A stretch of 64,000 bases of DNA from Octopus bimaculoides (taxonomy: Eukaryota), in the NCBI RefSeq assembly GCF_001194135.2, contig NC_068984.1, positions 43,854,932-43,918,931 on the forward strand. The letters run 5' to 3'. This document shows positions 24,291-37,985 of the stretch, in pieces. The stretch's first letter is position 1. Each line of letters starts with the position of its first letter. The notes beneath the pieces are model-generated. The model was not told the DNA's origin. It ran no database searches and saw only the letters and a program-made list of their open reading frames with translations. The position numbers and the translations under genes are program-made.

Positions 24291-24507
24291 CCTTTCTACT
24301 GGAGGCAGAAGGCCTCAAATTTTTAGAGAGAGGTCTATTCGATTACATCGACCTCAGTGTTTCACTGCTATTTAATTTATCGACCCCGAAAGGATGAAAG
24401 GCAAAATCAACCTCGGCGGAATTTGAACTCAAAATGTAGCGACGGGCAAAATACCGCTAAGCATTTTGTCCAGTGTGCTAACGATACTGCCATCTCGCCG
24501 CCTTAAT
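24291..24507 (-). mobile_element. SINE family A, full length, with 15-bp TSD
   Basis: TSD AATAACAATGATAAT (24276-24290) / AATAACAGTGATAAT (24508-24522); head ends CTCGCCGCC. Confidence 0.9.
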
Positions 24508-25559
24508 AATAACAGTGATAATGAGGACGGTAGTAATGAAGTTGAAGAGGAACCGGATGATGACAAGGATAATATTATAAAGATAAGGTGAGCGGGAGGA
24601 AGAAAGATGTAGACAATCGCAACAATAGCAATGATAACGAAGATGATAGGAATGACGATGAAGAATGTGACAACGATTATAATGATAATAATGTTGACGA
24701 TGAATATGATAAGCAGTACTTAGCTGGCTATTTTTCTGCATTCCTTATTCTTTCGTTATTTCAACCAGCCATTACCGAAAGTTCTTCTAGAAAAGCTAAC
24801 CAGAATGCAGTAACTGGAAGGCTATGACATTCAAAGATGTTCTTGATAAGTTGTACTAAACAATGAGTAGCAACTCTTTGAAAATACCATCTTACTGTGC
24901 TTGGAAGAAAGGAATTCCACTCGGAATTGACATTAAACATTCAAGTAGAACTTGATGACCTTTGAAAGGTCAAAAACAAAATAACTTTAACTTTTCTGTT
25001 TAGAACAACCACTCTGCTCTCCACACTCTCACTATTTAAGTGGATTCTCTCATCTAACAGTTTAAGTCAGAGTTTGTCGTGGAAGTGTAATATAATTTAG
25101 GTGTCTGACTTGGCATATTCGGTTACAAGTTAGCATGTCCACACTATAATATTCATGAGATTTTCTCAGAGGCCCACCGGTATAAATTCATAGGGAAGAA
25201 TTGTACGATAACTAGAATCTATCCTTACATATGCCAATATTTCCGTATTACTGATTCGAGGGAGCTTAAATGCAAAGAAGAGATATTTCAAATTCGAATA
25301 ATTATCATGATGAAGTCATGATGCTAATATCTTCACTAACGAATACGTATTTTCATATGTCAGTATCAATAGAAAACAAAAGTAAATGGAATCTGTATTA
25401 TTATGTTAGGAGGAAACCAACCAATATTTCAGTAATCATAATCTCATAGACAGAAAAGCTCATACTCTGAAAAGTTCATACTCTGAAAGACGTCCATGAT
25501 GGTGACTTTGAAAATAATGATGAGTATTATGGCCGTGATGAAGTTGATTAGAAGGACAG

Positions 25560-25722
<163 letters not shown>

Positions 25723-25734
25723 GATGGTGAACAT

Positions 25735-25910
25735 TATGATAAAATTTTGCTTTGTCAGGGCGCAAAAATGTACTGGGAAGGAGACATACCAGGTTATCAA
25801 CTCCCGATGATTTCATAGAGGCATTTTTAAATATAATAAAGCCTGTCCCTCCAACGCCAACTTCTTCCAGAAAGAGTCAAAGTTGACCTCAGCGGTATTT
25901 TAACTCGTAA
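25735..25910 (-). mobile_element. SINE family A, very degraded
   Basis: AAAGTTGACCTCAGCGGTATTTTAACTC core at ~25880-25907. Confidence 0.45.
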
Positions 25911-25959
25911 GTTAAAAAGAAATGCATTCCAAAGCTTACGATTCAATTCTATGGATAGA

Positions 25960-26040
25960 CAGTCCTACAGTCTTGTTCAGTTCCTGACACTTTACAAAGC
26001 TGAAGTGCGATACACATTGGAATACTGCTCACGTAACTAG
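25960..26040 (+). mobile_element. CR1-type LINE small fragment
   Basis: Translates SLVQFLTLYKAEVRYTLEYCSRN*, matching the post-RT motif LL.LYKA.IRP.LEYCS.IW. Confidence 0.55.
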
Positions 26041-27199
26041 TAACATCTTATACTGAATCTTGAAGAAAGTTATCTGCTTAATTTTCAAAAGTTCACTTTC
26101 CAATACTCTACCCACTATAATCTACTGTTTCTTTTTTCTGCCTCTTTTAGCTCTACAGCAGTCTCTGTCTATCTGAATGTACGATGCATTTACCTTGAGC
26201 AGGGACAATTATCTCACCCTTCTGTTACACTGTTGGATCTCTACAGTTGATGTCCATACTGAAAAAAAATCAACGCAATTTTCCATTCTCTCATATGAAT
26301 CTGAGGTGTCTTTGCATATATGCAATGCTAGCTATTGATGTAACTATGGAACCACTCGATTTTTTTTAGTTATAAAATATAACTCACCTAAATATTACCC
26401 TCGTTCTTACTTCCTTTGATATCTTATACATAACACTTGATGGTATTAACATACTTTAACACAGGAATAAATATAATTTATAACAACTATATGTCGAGGG
26501 TCATTCTTGGGTGTTTTAGTCGACCCAACGACACCTGCTTCTCATCACTCTGTAAACAAAGTATATTTATATCTTTAATATAAATGTTTCAATAGGTTAT
26601 CATTGCTTCATTTATTTTAGTGATAAATAAATATAAATCTTCACATATTCCTTGCCGAGAAATAGACTAAACTTTTTCCAACTGGCCACCAGATCGGAGC
26701 ACTGATCCTATTTGGAGAGTTTGGATGTCAGTTAGATTAGCAAAACAGTCTGCGTGAAACACAGCGATTAAAATATTCATATGTATCTCTAACAGAATTG
26801 CACTTGGTGAAGGAACACATAGACTATGATATCGCGCGTCAGCATCAAAGATTAATGAAGTATTTCGTTGATTACTATCTTTTGTTAGGCGATCACTGTT
26901 GGAAGTGTATATACAGACATCAACAAGGTACACGAAGAGATGATTAAACTGAAATGTGCCCTAGCTACCTTATTCAATATATTAGTCAATATTTTATTAA
27001 AGTATTTGAACTTATTTATACCACTGAGGTAACTTACAGATTTAAATCTTTAACGCATATACAGCTTACTGCTATGAACTGTATCAAAGTTGTAGTATTT
27101 ATTTACAGTTAACTAATCTAATGAGATCCGTTTCTAGACGCTCCATCCTGATTTTCTCTTTTTCTTTTACTTGCTGCTGCTTGGAGTAAAGAACAGTAC

Positions 27200-28600
27200 C
27201 AATGACCTTCCGAGTTCCGTGACGTTTCAGTTAACACTCCACTTATAATGAAGTAAGTTAAAACCATCAAGGAGTAAGTTCTACAGGGCCTACGTTCTAA
27301 GGAAGTAGAGGTAGATATAATGATTTGTACTGGCCTCAGGATACACGCCATGGATGATGAGAGTAGGTGAAACAAGTGTGTCGCAAGTTCCTAAGTGGAG
27401 GTGACACGAGACCAGCCAGCTCCAACGCTATTGTGGCCGTAGAAAAAGCAGAGAAACAACAATACATCTATTGACCAGAAGCTGGAGTGTCAACGAGTGA
27501 CTTGACTCCAATCAGTCGAGTGGCATTTCTCTAGAAGTAGTTTAAGATGTCAATGCGTGCAACGGCAATACCATTACAGATGTGGGTATAATACTCCATT
27601 GAGAGTATTATCCGAGCTTCATAGAGTGTCAGTAATTGTTTTAGTTGATATTCTGGCTTGAGGAAAAGGACGAAACTTCGAGATTCCATTTGAGATATGT
27701 TAAGTATGTCTTTTTGCCAGGAGAGAGCATCGGAGATAGTGAGGCATCAAATTTTAATCTAACGTGAGGGCTCTACTTGAGTGCCGCATGGATTTGAAGT
27801 GTGATGAAATATTTTCCCCTTGTAGTTTTTGTTGTTCAAAGAAACAAGATCAGTTAGTGGCCATTGGACGATATTTTCGATGTTTGTCATAATGGAATCG
27901 GCGAATGTTTGAGTGAGGGATTTAGTTTGAACGGGAATGACGCATAGTTGGAGAAAGTTATCTAAGAAAGAGCAATAGCATCATCGTTATAAGAGTGAGA
28001 ATTTTTGGATATGATGGCTGGTTGTATAATGGATAGAGAGTAAAAGAAAAAACCAAAATCGCGTGGTACTCCAGAGTTCATAGTGTTTGGGACTAAAATA
28101 GCATCGTCAGCAACAACTGAGAGAGAAAGAGAGACGGACGGATCTCACAGTCCCTATTAGCGATTCGTATGCCAGACACTGTCGAAAGTTTTGTTGATAT
28201 CGGTAGCCAGAACATTGCTTTCATGAAATTTCTCTAAGACGAGAACACACTGGTGGGGTAGGGGAAGCATAGAAGAGGAAATTTCCAAGAGATCAGGTTT
28301 TACGGAAGCCGTAGTTGTTGACGGGAAAAGGAGGGAAAGATATTCAAGTTGCTAGACAATTACCTTTGAGATATTGGAAGTGAGTACTGTAAGGTAATAG
28401 ATGACAGGTTCAAAAAAGTTATCCTCCTTACCATCTTAGGAAATTACTCAGAATGACTGAAAGCTGTTATTACTGATATCCTGGTGAGAAAGGTGAGTAA
28501 CATGGAGAGTTGAGTTTATTAATGTGCAGAGTATAAGTATGAGTAGGAATTTAGTTAGGATGTGGTTTGTGGATGTTGAAAAAGAGAAGAGAAAATGACT
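27200..28600 (-). mobile_element. CR1-group (Zenon-like) LINE, decayed RT and C-terminal region
   Basis: Minus strand: VLATDINKTFDSVWH (ALDISKAFDRVWH), MNSGVP, HSYNDD (YADD), QLLTLYEARIILSMEYYTHI; multiple stops and frameshifts. Confidence 0.8.
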
Positions 28601-29807
28601 GGGAAACCGGCCACTGGCCTTTAGACATTTTGATTGAAGTTAGTGAAAACGTATATGGCTTCGAACTAAACTAGAGCATTCTGAAGAGAAAGACTAATGA
28701 AAACAACGATTTCTTACTGAAGCACAAAGTCACTAATGTTATAAGGTATAGAAAATTAATCCAACATTGTTACTAGATACACACGCACGCGCGCGCGCAG
28801 ACACAGATGCACACATACGCACATAAGTAGAGTTCACAAAACTGGTGAAATGTAAATATTTCAATATTTTACTTTCTACTAAAAGATTTTAACATTGAGC
28901 TAATAAAACATTAAAGCAAATGTTCAACCACACTTTTCTTGTAAGTAGATGTTCTAAAATGTGAAGAGCACTGAAGAATTTAGCTTCCATAAATTAATTT
29001 GTTTCTTTAATTTATTTTTTCATATTTTTACTTTTTTCAAACTCTGCAATCAAAGAGAATATAGCACTTAAGACGAAAGGATTAATGTGAGAACTTTTGT
29101 TTCTATAAGTATGCAGTGACAATCTCGTTGATATGATACCACAAACGATAATTATCCAGTCTTGGTTTCGATCCCACTTAAACCTCTTACATTATAAAGA
29201 AGTGGTGTATATTCTGTTTTACACACACACATAAATATTGTGTGTAGTGTAATATTTTGAGAAGACAAAACTATTAAATAAAATTTTGTACTTAGTTTCC
29301 TAGACAGATTCCTACATGTACGAGGACGCACACACACACATACACACACGTATATATATATATATATATATNNNNNNNNNNNNNNNNNNNNNNNNNNNNN
29401 NNNNNNNNNNNNNNNNNNNNNNNNNNNNNNNNNNNNNNNNNNNNNNNNNNNNNNNNNNNNNNNNNNNNNNATATATACATACATATATATGTATATATAT
29501 ATGTATTTACATACATACGAACATACGTACATACATACATACATGTACAACATATATTAGAAGCGGACAAAATTTCTCAGACAAACATAATATGCAGCTA
29601 TCATCTCCGTTTATTTATGGTGTGAATTAGAACATAATATTCTAGATTGTGGAAAAGCGTTTTACGAATTGCTATGCAACCAATACTTGATCCTCGTCAT
29701 AACCATTTCCGTAAGTGTCTTAAAAGCATCTCTTACAAACGACAGTGGGGGATCACTTCTTATTAAGAATTATCAAGCACTCCACTCTATTCAACTAATG
29801 CATGGGG

Positions 29808-29839
<32 letters not shown>

Positions 29840-29855
29840 TGTATGTATGTATGTA

Positions 29856-29890
<35 letters not shown>
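29808..29890. repeat. (TATG)n-(TG)n microsatellite
   Basis: Directly visible. Confidence 0.96.
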
Positions 29891-30119
29891 ACACTAGTTG
29901 ATAAGGATACACGAGTTAATAAAATTACAGTAACTTGCAACAACTACCTATAAATAAGCAATAAGGTCTTCTTGCTTTACTATATCTCACTGTGAATAAG
30001 TTAAGGGATGAGATAGACCTTTAACGTAAGTGTAGGATATTACGGGTGGAGAATGAAATGTGAACTGCTTGCTCTATATAGACTCATAAGTCTAAGCAAC
30101 ATGCTCGACCCATTTAAAT

Positions 30120-30870
30120 GGGGTTAAAGTGCGGCAGGGGCCTCACGAGCTTGAAAAACATGGATAGATACCGATTAAACAAATCTAGAAAGAATGTAAC
30201 GATTACACTTAAAGATTTTGACATTAAAATAACGGTCTGGACCAATATTACAAAATTCCCAACTAAAAGAATATATTTCTATGCACCCCCAAAATAAAGT
30301 TCTGCTTTATATAGACAAACATTTCATTCACCAATATTCAATAATAAAGAACTGATACAAAAATTCTAGAGAATCTCTAGAATATCATTCGGAGAAATAA
30401 TATTCAACCATACCGCACCGTTTTACAATGAAGCGGTTGGTTTCATAGGAAATATGCGAGCACATACCCAAAGTTACTGATATGAACCTTGAGCAAAAAA
30501 AAAAAAAAAATCAATTATCCTGTTTTAATCTGTTGTTCATTGAAAACGTAGCGTAAAATGTGGTAACACTTCTAATATTAGTCAACAAAATATTTCAGCA
30601 AGATACAAGATAGAAAAATTGAAAACATCAGCTACAGCTACACAAGAACAAAAACTCAGCATCGAAGCTATAAACAATCACATTTAGAAGTACGCAGCCC
30701 TCAGCTCACAACCGAAAACAGATCAAAGTGATATCCGTTAAATGGAAATTGATTTAAAATATAAATGATATACTGAGGTACAGTATTGCAAGTGAGACAA
30801 ACCAACAAAGCTACATTGGAACAATAAATATATCGTTCCGCAGTATAAGTGTATAGAAGAACTGTTATCT
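30120..30870 (+). mobile_element. Penelope-like element relic (RT C-terminus to GIY-YIG endonuclease)
   Basis: KSRKNVTITLKDFDIKITVWTNIT; TAPFYNEA; ISYSY; YPLNGN*..MIY*GTV; YIGT..SFR, collinear with Penelope RT-thumb/linker/GIY-YIG motifs. Confidence 0.7.
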
Positions 30871-31784
30871 TTCTATCGAAGTATACTTGGCACATAGGGA
30901 GGTTATTATACATAGATACATATATATATACACACACACACACATACATACATGCATACAGACAGGTCGACAGACAGATAGGAAGATAGGTAGTTAGATT
31001 AGTATGTATACGGAAATTGAGAAATAATAGGTATTACCCCCACTTACATAATTAGTTCCAGCATATACTTCCTGTGCACCCATGAAAAATATTACAATTA
31101 CTCAACAAATGTGCTTTCTGAACAAATTAGATGATATCACATTGCACACACCAGAATGAATTCCTTTTTACAAACAGAACTGCAAACATGATAAATATTC
31201 AATGACTCAACGGCATCAGTAGTAGCAGTGGAGGTACAACAATGCCAAAGCCAACGGAACAAGAGATCAAATTAACCCATAAATAGAATGACAGCTTACA
31301 GACATCAGATATTAAATGAAAACCCCCAACAGATTATATCAAAAACATCTTTAGCTACTTCAGATATAAAATTAATAAATAATGAAGTGGATAGAAGTAC
31401 GACTTTATCAAAACAGGATCTGAATGACGTAATCGACCGTCAGATACAGAATAACTACTGAGGAACAATGAATAAAAAAATTTGTTGCAAAACAAAGCAC
31501 TGTCAAGTGAAGCAAAGACAGAGCGATTACTGAATTGTCCAATGAGAAAAATACAGACACACAACTTCAGGAAACAGGATGTGAGCATCAATATGCCGAT
31601 AAGCAACACCGATACCCTCCCCACAGAATAGAGCCAAAGAATTGATAAATGAAATGACTGCAAGCATATCCAACTCTTTAGTAAAACAATATTGAAAACT
31701 GGCTAATGAAAACAATAGCTATAAATAAAAGAATCAATCACTCAGCTGTGTATAAACCAGCCTGAATGCCGAAAGAAGACAGTT

Positions 31785-31930
31785 CACGCCTGAAGATTGC
31801 TGTGGTGTGAAACTCGAGTCGGTTTAAATAATTTACTCGAGTGCGCTTGCGTGTATAATAAGTGCGTGTGCGTCAAGGGAAAGGGACGATAATGATGATC
31901 ATCACATACTTCTCTGCATACGTCTTTGTG
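31785..31930 (+). repeat. hammerhead-containing repeat, copy 1 (direct repeat with 33204-33328), probable Penelope terminal repeat
   Basis: CTGAAGA (31790) TTGC-TGTG-GTGT GAAAC TCGA GTC (31820); downstream GATGATCATCACATACTTCTCTGCATA shared with copy 2. Confidence 0.7.
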
Positions 31931-32329
31931 TTGCTTCTGTTCCATGTTTTTTTCTCCAAGTTTCTGTTTCATGTTTTTTGCCATCGCCTCTTTCTCTTCC
32001 CTTAAAATAATTTAAGATGTAATATATTGACAAAATACTGTTTCAGATATGGTATTACGTTATTTTTCACCATGTTACTTAATTTACTAAAAGCATCTTA
32101 TATAGTCTGGATTCATCGTTTTATTTCCTATATATAACCATATTTCATTTTTACCAGCTGTCCAAGATAAATATGATTGTCAGTTGTTATTAAGCCTGAA
32201 TGATTATGGTTATTTCACTCTTGGCATGACTATTGAAAATGACTTTTCTTCATACTTATTTTTCGTTCAGACTAGTTGATTTCATAGTTCTGTTCAATTA
32301 TCAATTGCTTCAGTTCATGAGAATATTTT

Positions 32330-32740
32330 CCTAAAATGACTATGTTGTCAGCAAACCGTTTATGTATATTTCTCTTTCATACAAATGAACCTTGTTAAAA
32401 ATGCATTCCAATGTTGCATTATCAAGTTTGGGCGATATCATATCCCATTTTAAAAATCCTCTTTTAATATTGATATTTTGCTATCAATATGAAGTAGCAT
32501 TGAAATTTTTCCTTGGTTATAGATTTTCTTACTAATCTGCATACAAGTTTGATGTTTTCCCCAATGATGACAAACTTCAATCACAACCAGGATTTCAATA
32601 TTATCGAAGTTTACCTCAAAATCAATAAAACTAAAACACAATTATTGTCTATATCCTCCTTGGTTTGGAATAACTTGTTTCATAATCTACAAGTGCTGGT
32701 GAGTGACAAAAATCCGTTCATGAACCCTGTTTGTTCCTTT
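32330..32740 (-). mobile_element. RTE-type LINE RT-domain relic
   Basis: FSFIDFEVNFDNIEI (AFIDYEKAFDSVE), KIYNQG, then frameshifted INIKRGFLKWDMISPKLDNATLECIF (IKRGVRQGDTISPKLF.ATLE.IF). Confidence 0.75.
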
Positions 32741-32921
32741 GGTTGATTATAAGCATTTGGTTGACTAGTTTGGAAGGTACAGGTTCAGTATATTTCTAGA
32801 GTTGCAATATTACCTTATATAAAGATGTGATGCTATCATTGTTCTAGCTGACTATTTCGTTTGAATTGATGCATACAGTAACACTATCTGGGTCTCCTCT
32901 TTCTCTTGTTGGCTGTTGTAG

Positions 32922-33104
32922 GGATATGTAAAAGATAGCTTTTATGTTCCGCCGCTAGCTATTAACCTCGAAGACCTTAAACATCGAATAACAACATCGA
33001 TCCACTCAGTTGATCGTGATATGCTGATACGCGTCTGAGAGGAATTCTCTTATCGCATTGATGTTTACCGTGCTGCAGGTGGTGGCCACATTGACCACTT
33101 GTAA
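32922..33104 (+). mobile_element. Tc1/mariner-superfamily transposase C-terminal relic
   Basis: GYVKDSFYVPPLAINLEDLKHRITTSIHSVDRDMLIRV*EEFSYRIDVYRAAGGGHIDHL*; WG..K...Y and G.H.EH-like terminal motifs. Confidence 0.8.
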
Positions 33105-33203
33105 GACAGAAAGACAGAAGTATTTAGATACTTGTGACGTAGCTGGAGCTTTCTGTTGCTTTTCCTTATTAAAATATTGCGTAATGAAATCGGTTCATTC
33201 TGT

Positions 33204-33328
33204 TTGCTGTGGTATGAAACTCGAGTCCGTTTAAATAAACTTCATGGGTGTATAATAAATGCATGTGCGTCAGGGTGAAGGGATAATATTGATGATCATC
33301 ACATACTTCTCTGCATATGTCATTGTGT
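33204..33328 (+). repeat. hammerhead-containing repeat, copy 2 (lacks the CTGAAGA core)
   Basis: TTGCTGTGGTATGAAACTCGAGTC..GATGATCATCACATACTTCTCTGCATA. Confidence 0.75.
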
Positions 33329-33657
33329 ATGCTTTAAAAGTTAAAAGTTTGAAGAATTCTGTCAGTAGACATCGCTATATTCGGCACCACTCAGACGCTT
33401 GAAATGCAACCAAGAAATTACGATGAAATATCTTGTTCCTATTACTTTTAGTTTCCTCTCCCCTAATATCATATGTTTAGATAAAACTCGATGGAAAGCC
33501 TACAACATCGGCAAAATTTAATTGATGATAGAATATAAAAAAAAAATTGACACAAGATTTAATGGGATTTCAGAAAAAAAAACATAGTAACAAGTGACTG
33601 TAATTATGTTACAGCACGAGAAATATATATATTCTTATAAATAAAAGTAGAACGTCG

Positions 33658-33767
33658 ATTAAATAAGTACCAGTTACGCACTGGGGTCGGTATTATCGAC
33701 TTAATCCGTTTGTCTGTCCTTGTTTGTCCCCTCTGTGTGTAGCCCCTTGTGGGTAGTAAAGAAATAA
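33658..33767 (+). mobile_element. SINE family A, 3' fragment with the TTAATCCGTTTGTCTGTCC tail variant
   Basis: AAGTACCAGTTACGCACTGGGGTCG..TTAATCCGTTTGTCTGTCCTTGTTTGTCCCCTCT..GTAAAGAAATA; nearly identical to the reverse complement of 42236-42328. Confidence 0.85.
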
Positions 33768-35080
33768 CTATGTGGAAGGTCTGTAAGCAGAAATTATAAT
33801 TTGTGTGAAGTATTTAATATACAGGTTCTTCCATTTGACTTCCATTTTATTCGGCACCCATGCAATTCCCGCCACTTTTGATAATTTGTGGAAAGAAGTT
33901 TCTATCACGTGCTTGCAATCTTCAATATGAAAAGATCATACTCGATGGGGAATCTAAGCATTTCCAGACATGTTTCAAATATATATATTTATTGCTGGAA
34001 TTAGTTTAAGATTGCTCATTATAAATTCTTAACCCTGAAATATTTAGGATTATCCACATGTGTAATTTATCTTCAATAACTCCGGCATCTTGCATCTTGT
34101 ACAGTTGCTAATCCTCTACAGAAATGAAAGGTAACTCAAAGTAAAGTGCTACTCGTATATCTTGGATAGTGAAACTTCATGTAAAGACATTCTTGTTTGT
34201 GTCCGGTAAAAAAACGCAACACATTCAGCTGGTTTGTATAACCCTAAATTCGAAGATGCTGTTTCCTTCACTATTCTCTTCTACAATTACTACACCCATC
34301 AGTCTCACCCGCTACATCCGCTATTTCAGAGATCATCCTCTCCAACGTAATTATTCCAATCACAATAGGTATAAAACATAATAAATAATCCTCTATCGTT
34401 TGCTGAAATAATTTGATCCCTTTTCAGAGTTGGGACATTATCAATTAGGGTCAACACAACTGCATTACAATAATTTATTGTGGATAAATCACATATAAAG
34501 TGGAATCGTGTGTTTATAGTTCTGCTACCAAAATCATCCTCTGTGTTCAATGGGTACAGCAAGGAAGAGACATTATAACCACATTTTAACAACTTCACGT
34601 CATGCATAGAATTGTTTAGTATTGTTCTTGAAGGTTACCTAACTCAAGCAGGTTTAATAGAATTATATTGGCCTCTATAAATAGGTTCATTGGCTTAAGC
34701 GTTTCTTTAATTGATGTCTATTGTTGCAATGTTTTAATACCGTGGCCTTTATAACAATTGCTTTGCTGACTAGAATATGTATTTCAAATAGTTTTATTGC
34801 ACTTTTATTTCGTTTGAGCTGATAGTTTACTCGGAAGATAGCCACATAACATTATTTGTTTATATGAAATATTGCTAATCCTTTGTTTTCAATATTTCCA
34901 TCATTCTATAAGATTTCCCCTGCATCTTAATAATGAAACCCCATCGAAATGTTTGATTTATCTCCTCTGCTTTTTTTTTTTTACCGCCATTTAGAAAAGT
35001 ATTGTTCTCATCGTTAATGGTGTAGCTAAAATTTAAAAGAATTTCTTGGCTTTAGATATGCTAGCAACTAGTTTACTAAT

Positions 35081-35298
35081 AAGGATTTCAAATTTTGGTA
35101 CAAGACCACCAATTTCGAAGCAAGGGTTAAGACGATTAAATCGATTCCGGTGTCCAACTGGTACTTATTTTACCAAGCCGAAAGATGAAAGGCAAAGTCG
35201 ACCTCGGCAGCATTTGGACTCAGAACATACAAACGGACGAAATACCGTTAAGCATTTGGCCCGGCGTGCTAACGATTCTGCCAGGTCACCGCCTTCAC
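35081..35298 (-). mobile_element. SINE family A, full length, with 13-bp TSD
   Basis: TSD CTAGTTTACTAAT at 35068-35080 and 35299-35311. Confidence 0.92.
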
Positions 35299-36774
35299 CT
35301 AGTTTACTAATGGTAACAAAAGATATGATACTTATTTGTGTGGACATTAGTAACAATAATTTTAGAAACAACACCTCTACACATACTTGAAGCACAGTCA
35401 GCATTACTGAAAATAATGATACACTAAGTAATTTTCTTGACATACAGTCGAATTCTCTACTTATCGAAGTTCTTTTTCTCTTCCTGTTATTGTTGTGGCT
35501 CCTTATTATGAATTGCGAGCGGCGTGCAGTAAACATTGCTTCTTGGTTTTTCATTTGTGTCAGAACGTTAGAACCATTTTTTATGCCATTAAAAACCTTA
35601 GGAGAGTTATAAACGTTACTGTTTCTTACATGCCTTCTCCCACACTATCAAGTTTCATACATATGCAAGAAACAAATATCAGTGTTACTCCGGATATTTT
35701 GTTACTTTCAGTGTAAATAGATGAATGCAAATAGCATTCTTCATAGATGTAAGAGAAATATAAGTAGTGGCCTTTATAGAATATATGGACAGATTTTCCA
35801 TTACATTTGGGGAGTAACGACGTTAATATTTATCGATTAACGTTCTTGGCAATAGTGCAAACTTTTGTGAAAAATAATACCCTAAACAAACTTCGATACA
35901 TTCAAGCGGATCAATGCCTTTCATTGTCTATGTTTACACGTGAAATTGTATGTCAAAATTATTGTAGGAATACGTTTTATATAAAGTGTAAATTTAGAAT
36001 AATCAAAATGAAATATAAAATTGTTCCTTTGATATAGAGAAATAGTTGCCGGAAATCAAACAAAAATGGAAGAATATTGATAACGAAGTAAAAGAAGGGT
36101 GGTGAACAAAAAGAGAGAAAAACATCAAGCAATGATGCAAATGTGTATGTGCAAGTATGTGAGGCAGTCAATTAGAAAGATAGAGCGTTTGAAATAAAGA
36201 TAAATGGGCAAAAAACAGAAGAAATTAATTAAAAGAGAAACAAACAACAAATATTCATATTTAGTAGCAAGGAATGCATAACAAATCTTTCCAAATATGA
36301 CTGAGAACGGATATGTAGTAACAGAAATGTAAAATATATAAGAACTGTTTCAAGAAAAACCGAGAAAGATACGAATGCTATAAGAATATGTTAGGAGTTT
36401 CGGCTCCTGCCTAAAAGTCACTAAAGGCCTGTTTTCCCATTCATTGTCTTAGAACTAAAATTATTGATTTAATATAATCATGATTTAAGAATGAAAGTAC
36501 AAGGACTCTGATTTATGTAATACAAATGAATATTTGTAAAACATGCATATCTTTAAAGGTATTATCAAGGTAACGAAATGAAAAAGGAAGAAAAAATACT
36601 AGATGATGGAAACTGGGTCATTCATTCCTTCGGAAAACCAGAAAGAGTGATAATGAAAATATTTATACAGCCATTAAATTATTTGGAAATATGATAAGAG
36701 GAAATGTCTTTTTTCTGCTACCATTTATCAGTATGCATGTAAAAATAGATGGAATATTGAAACCTCAGGGACTG

Positions 36775-36900
36775 TGGAGTGACTACGTTCAGTGTTAAAA
36801 TTTCAACGGGGTTTGCTTTACCTTTCATTCCACTAGAATCGATAAAATAAACACTACTCACTTACTGGTTTCGATTTAATTGACGTCACCTCTTCTGATA
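36775..36900 (+). mobile_element. SINE family A, degraded fragment
   Basis: TACGTTCAGTGTTAAAATTTC..CCTTTCATTCC..TCGATAAAATAA..ACTGG.TTCGATTTAATTGAC. Confidence 0.5.
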
Positions 36901-37724
36901 AAACGTGTGTTTATGCCTATGTAAAAATAAATGCTTAGAGCTGAAGAGCAAATTTATTTCTCTTTTAATGTTTGCTTTCTTTTTATTGCCTTATAAAATA
37001 TTTAAACAATCGTTAATGTCTATTTTGTAGTCCTGACTCGTAGATTTAACTTTATCGTTGTTTTAATTATTTAATATCCTAATTGCATCTTTTTGTCGTT
37101 GCTAGATATCTATTCGCAAATCTCCGAAACGAAAAAATGTTATCCTAAGAGTATACTTAATAATTAATCGTCTCTAGCCAGGTCTTTATATATCGAAGTT
37201 CAATACGAAGCAAAAGCTCATCCTTGTTGATCAATTACTCTTCTTGAGGATATATATCCTCCTCTAGGCTTGATGTAATTAATTTTTATTTGTACAACAT
37301 AAAACAGCAAAAAGTTTATATTGCAGCATCTCTTCAGAAACTTTTTTAGATTTTATCTGGTATTTGCTTCAAAATATCTAGTCTAATTTTTATTGCCGTT
37401 AAGCAAGCGTTTTTAGGTAGAAACAAAACATTTGGGTAAGGACTTGTGACCTTGGTGGTCAGGGTGATCCTAGATTTGTGGGGTTATTTGACTGGCTTTA
37501 GCTGGGTTGTTTCTTAATTAGAAGGACTGTCACATCCATGTGTTTTACATGTTTTGTATATAATGCATATTTTTGTAACCTCATTTCCGCTATCTTTTCC
37601 TCTCTTTCACTCATCTTGTTTGTGTAAACACCCGCATAAATTGTAAACTGCCCTTGTAATGAGTCCCTTATCTGATGCGCATTTGGTAAGTAAAAGAAGC
37701 CACAACCACTATAACCCACCGCCA

Positions 37725-37872
37725 CCACCACCATAACCCACCACCACTACCACTACCCCCCACCGCCGCCGCCGCTACCACCACTACCACCATTATCATC
37801 ATTATCCTCCTCCTCCTCCTCCTCCTCCTCCTCTTCCTTCTTCTCTTCCTTCTTCTTCTTATTATTATTATG
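37725..37872. repeat. compound (CCA)/(CCG)/(TCC)/(TTC)/(TTA) trinucleotide tract
   Basis: Directly visible. Confidence 0.95.
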
Positions 37873-37985
37873 AGGCGCAATCGTTACGGTGCCGGACAAA
37901 ATGCTTAGTGATATTTACTCCTGCTTTATGTTCCGAGTTTAAATGCAGCCGAACTTGACTTTTGCATCTCATCTTTTCGGATCCA
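37873..37985 (+). mobile_element. SINE family A head fragment
   Basis: CCGGACAAAATGCTTAGTGATATTT..TTCCGAGTTTAAATGC..GACTTTTGCATCTCATCTTTTCGG. Confidence 0.6.
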
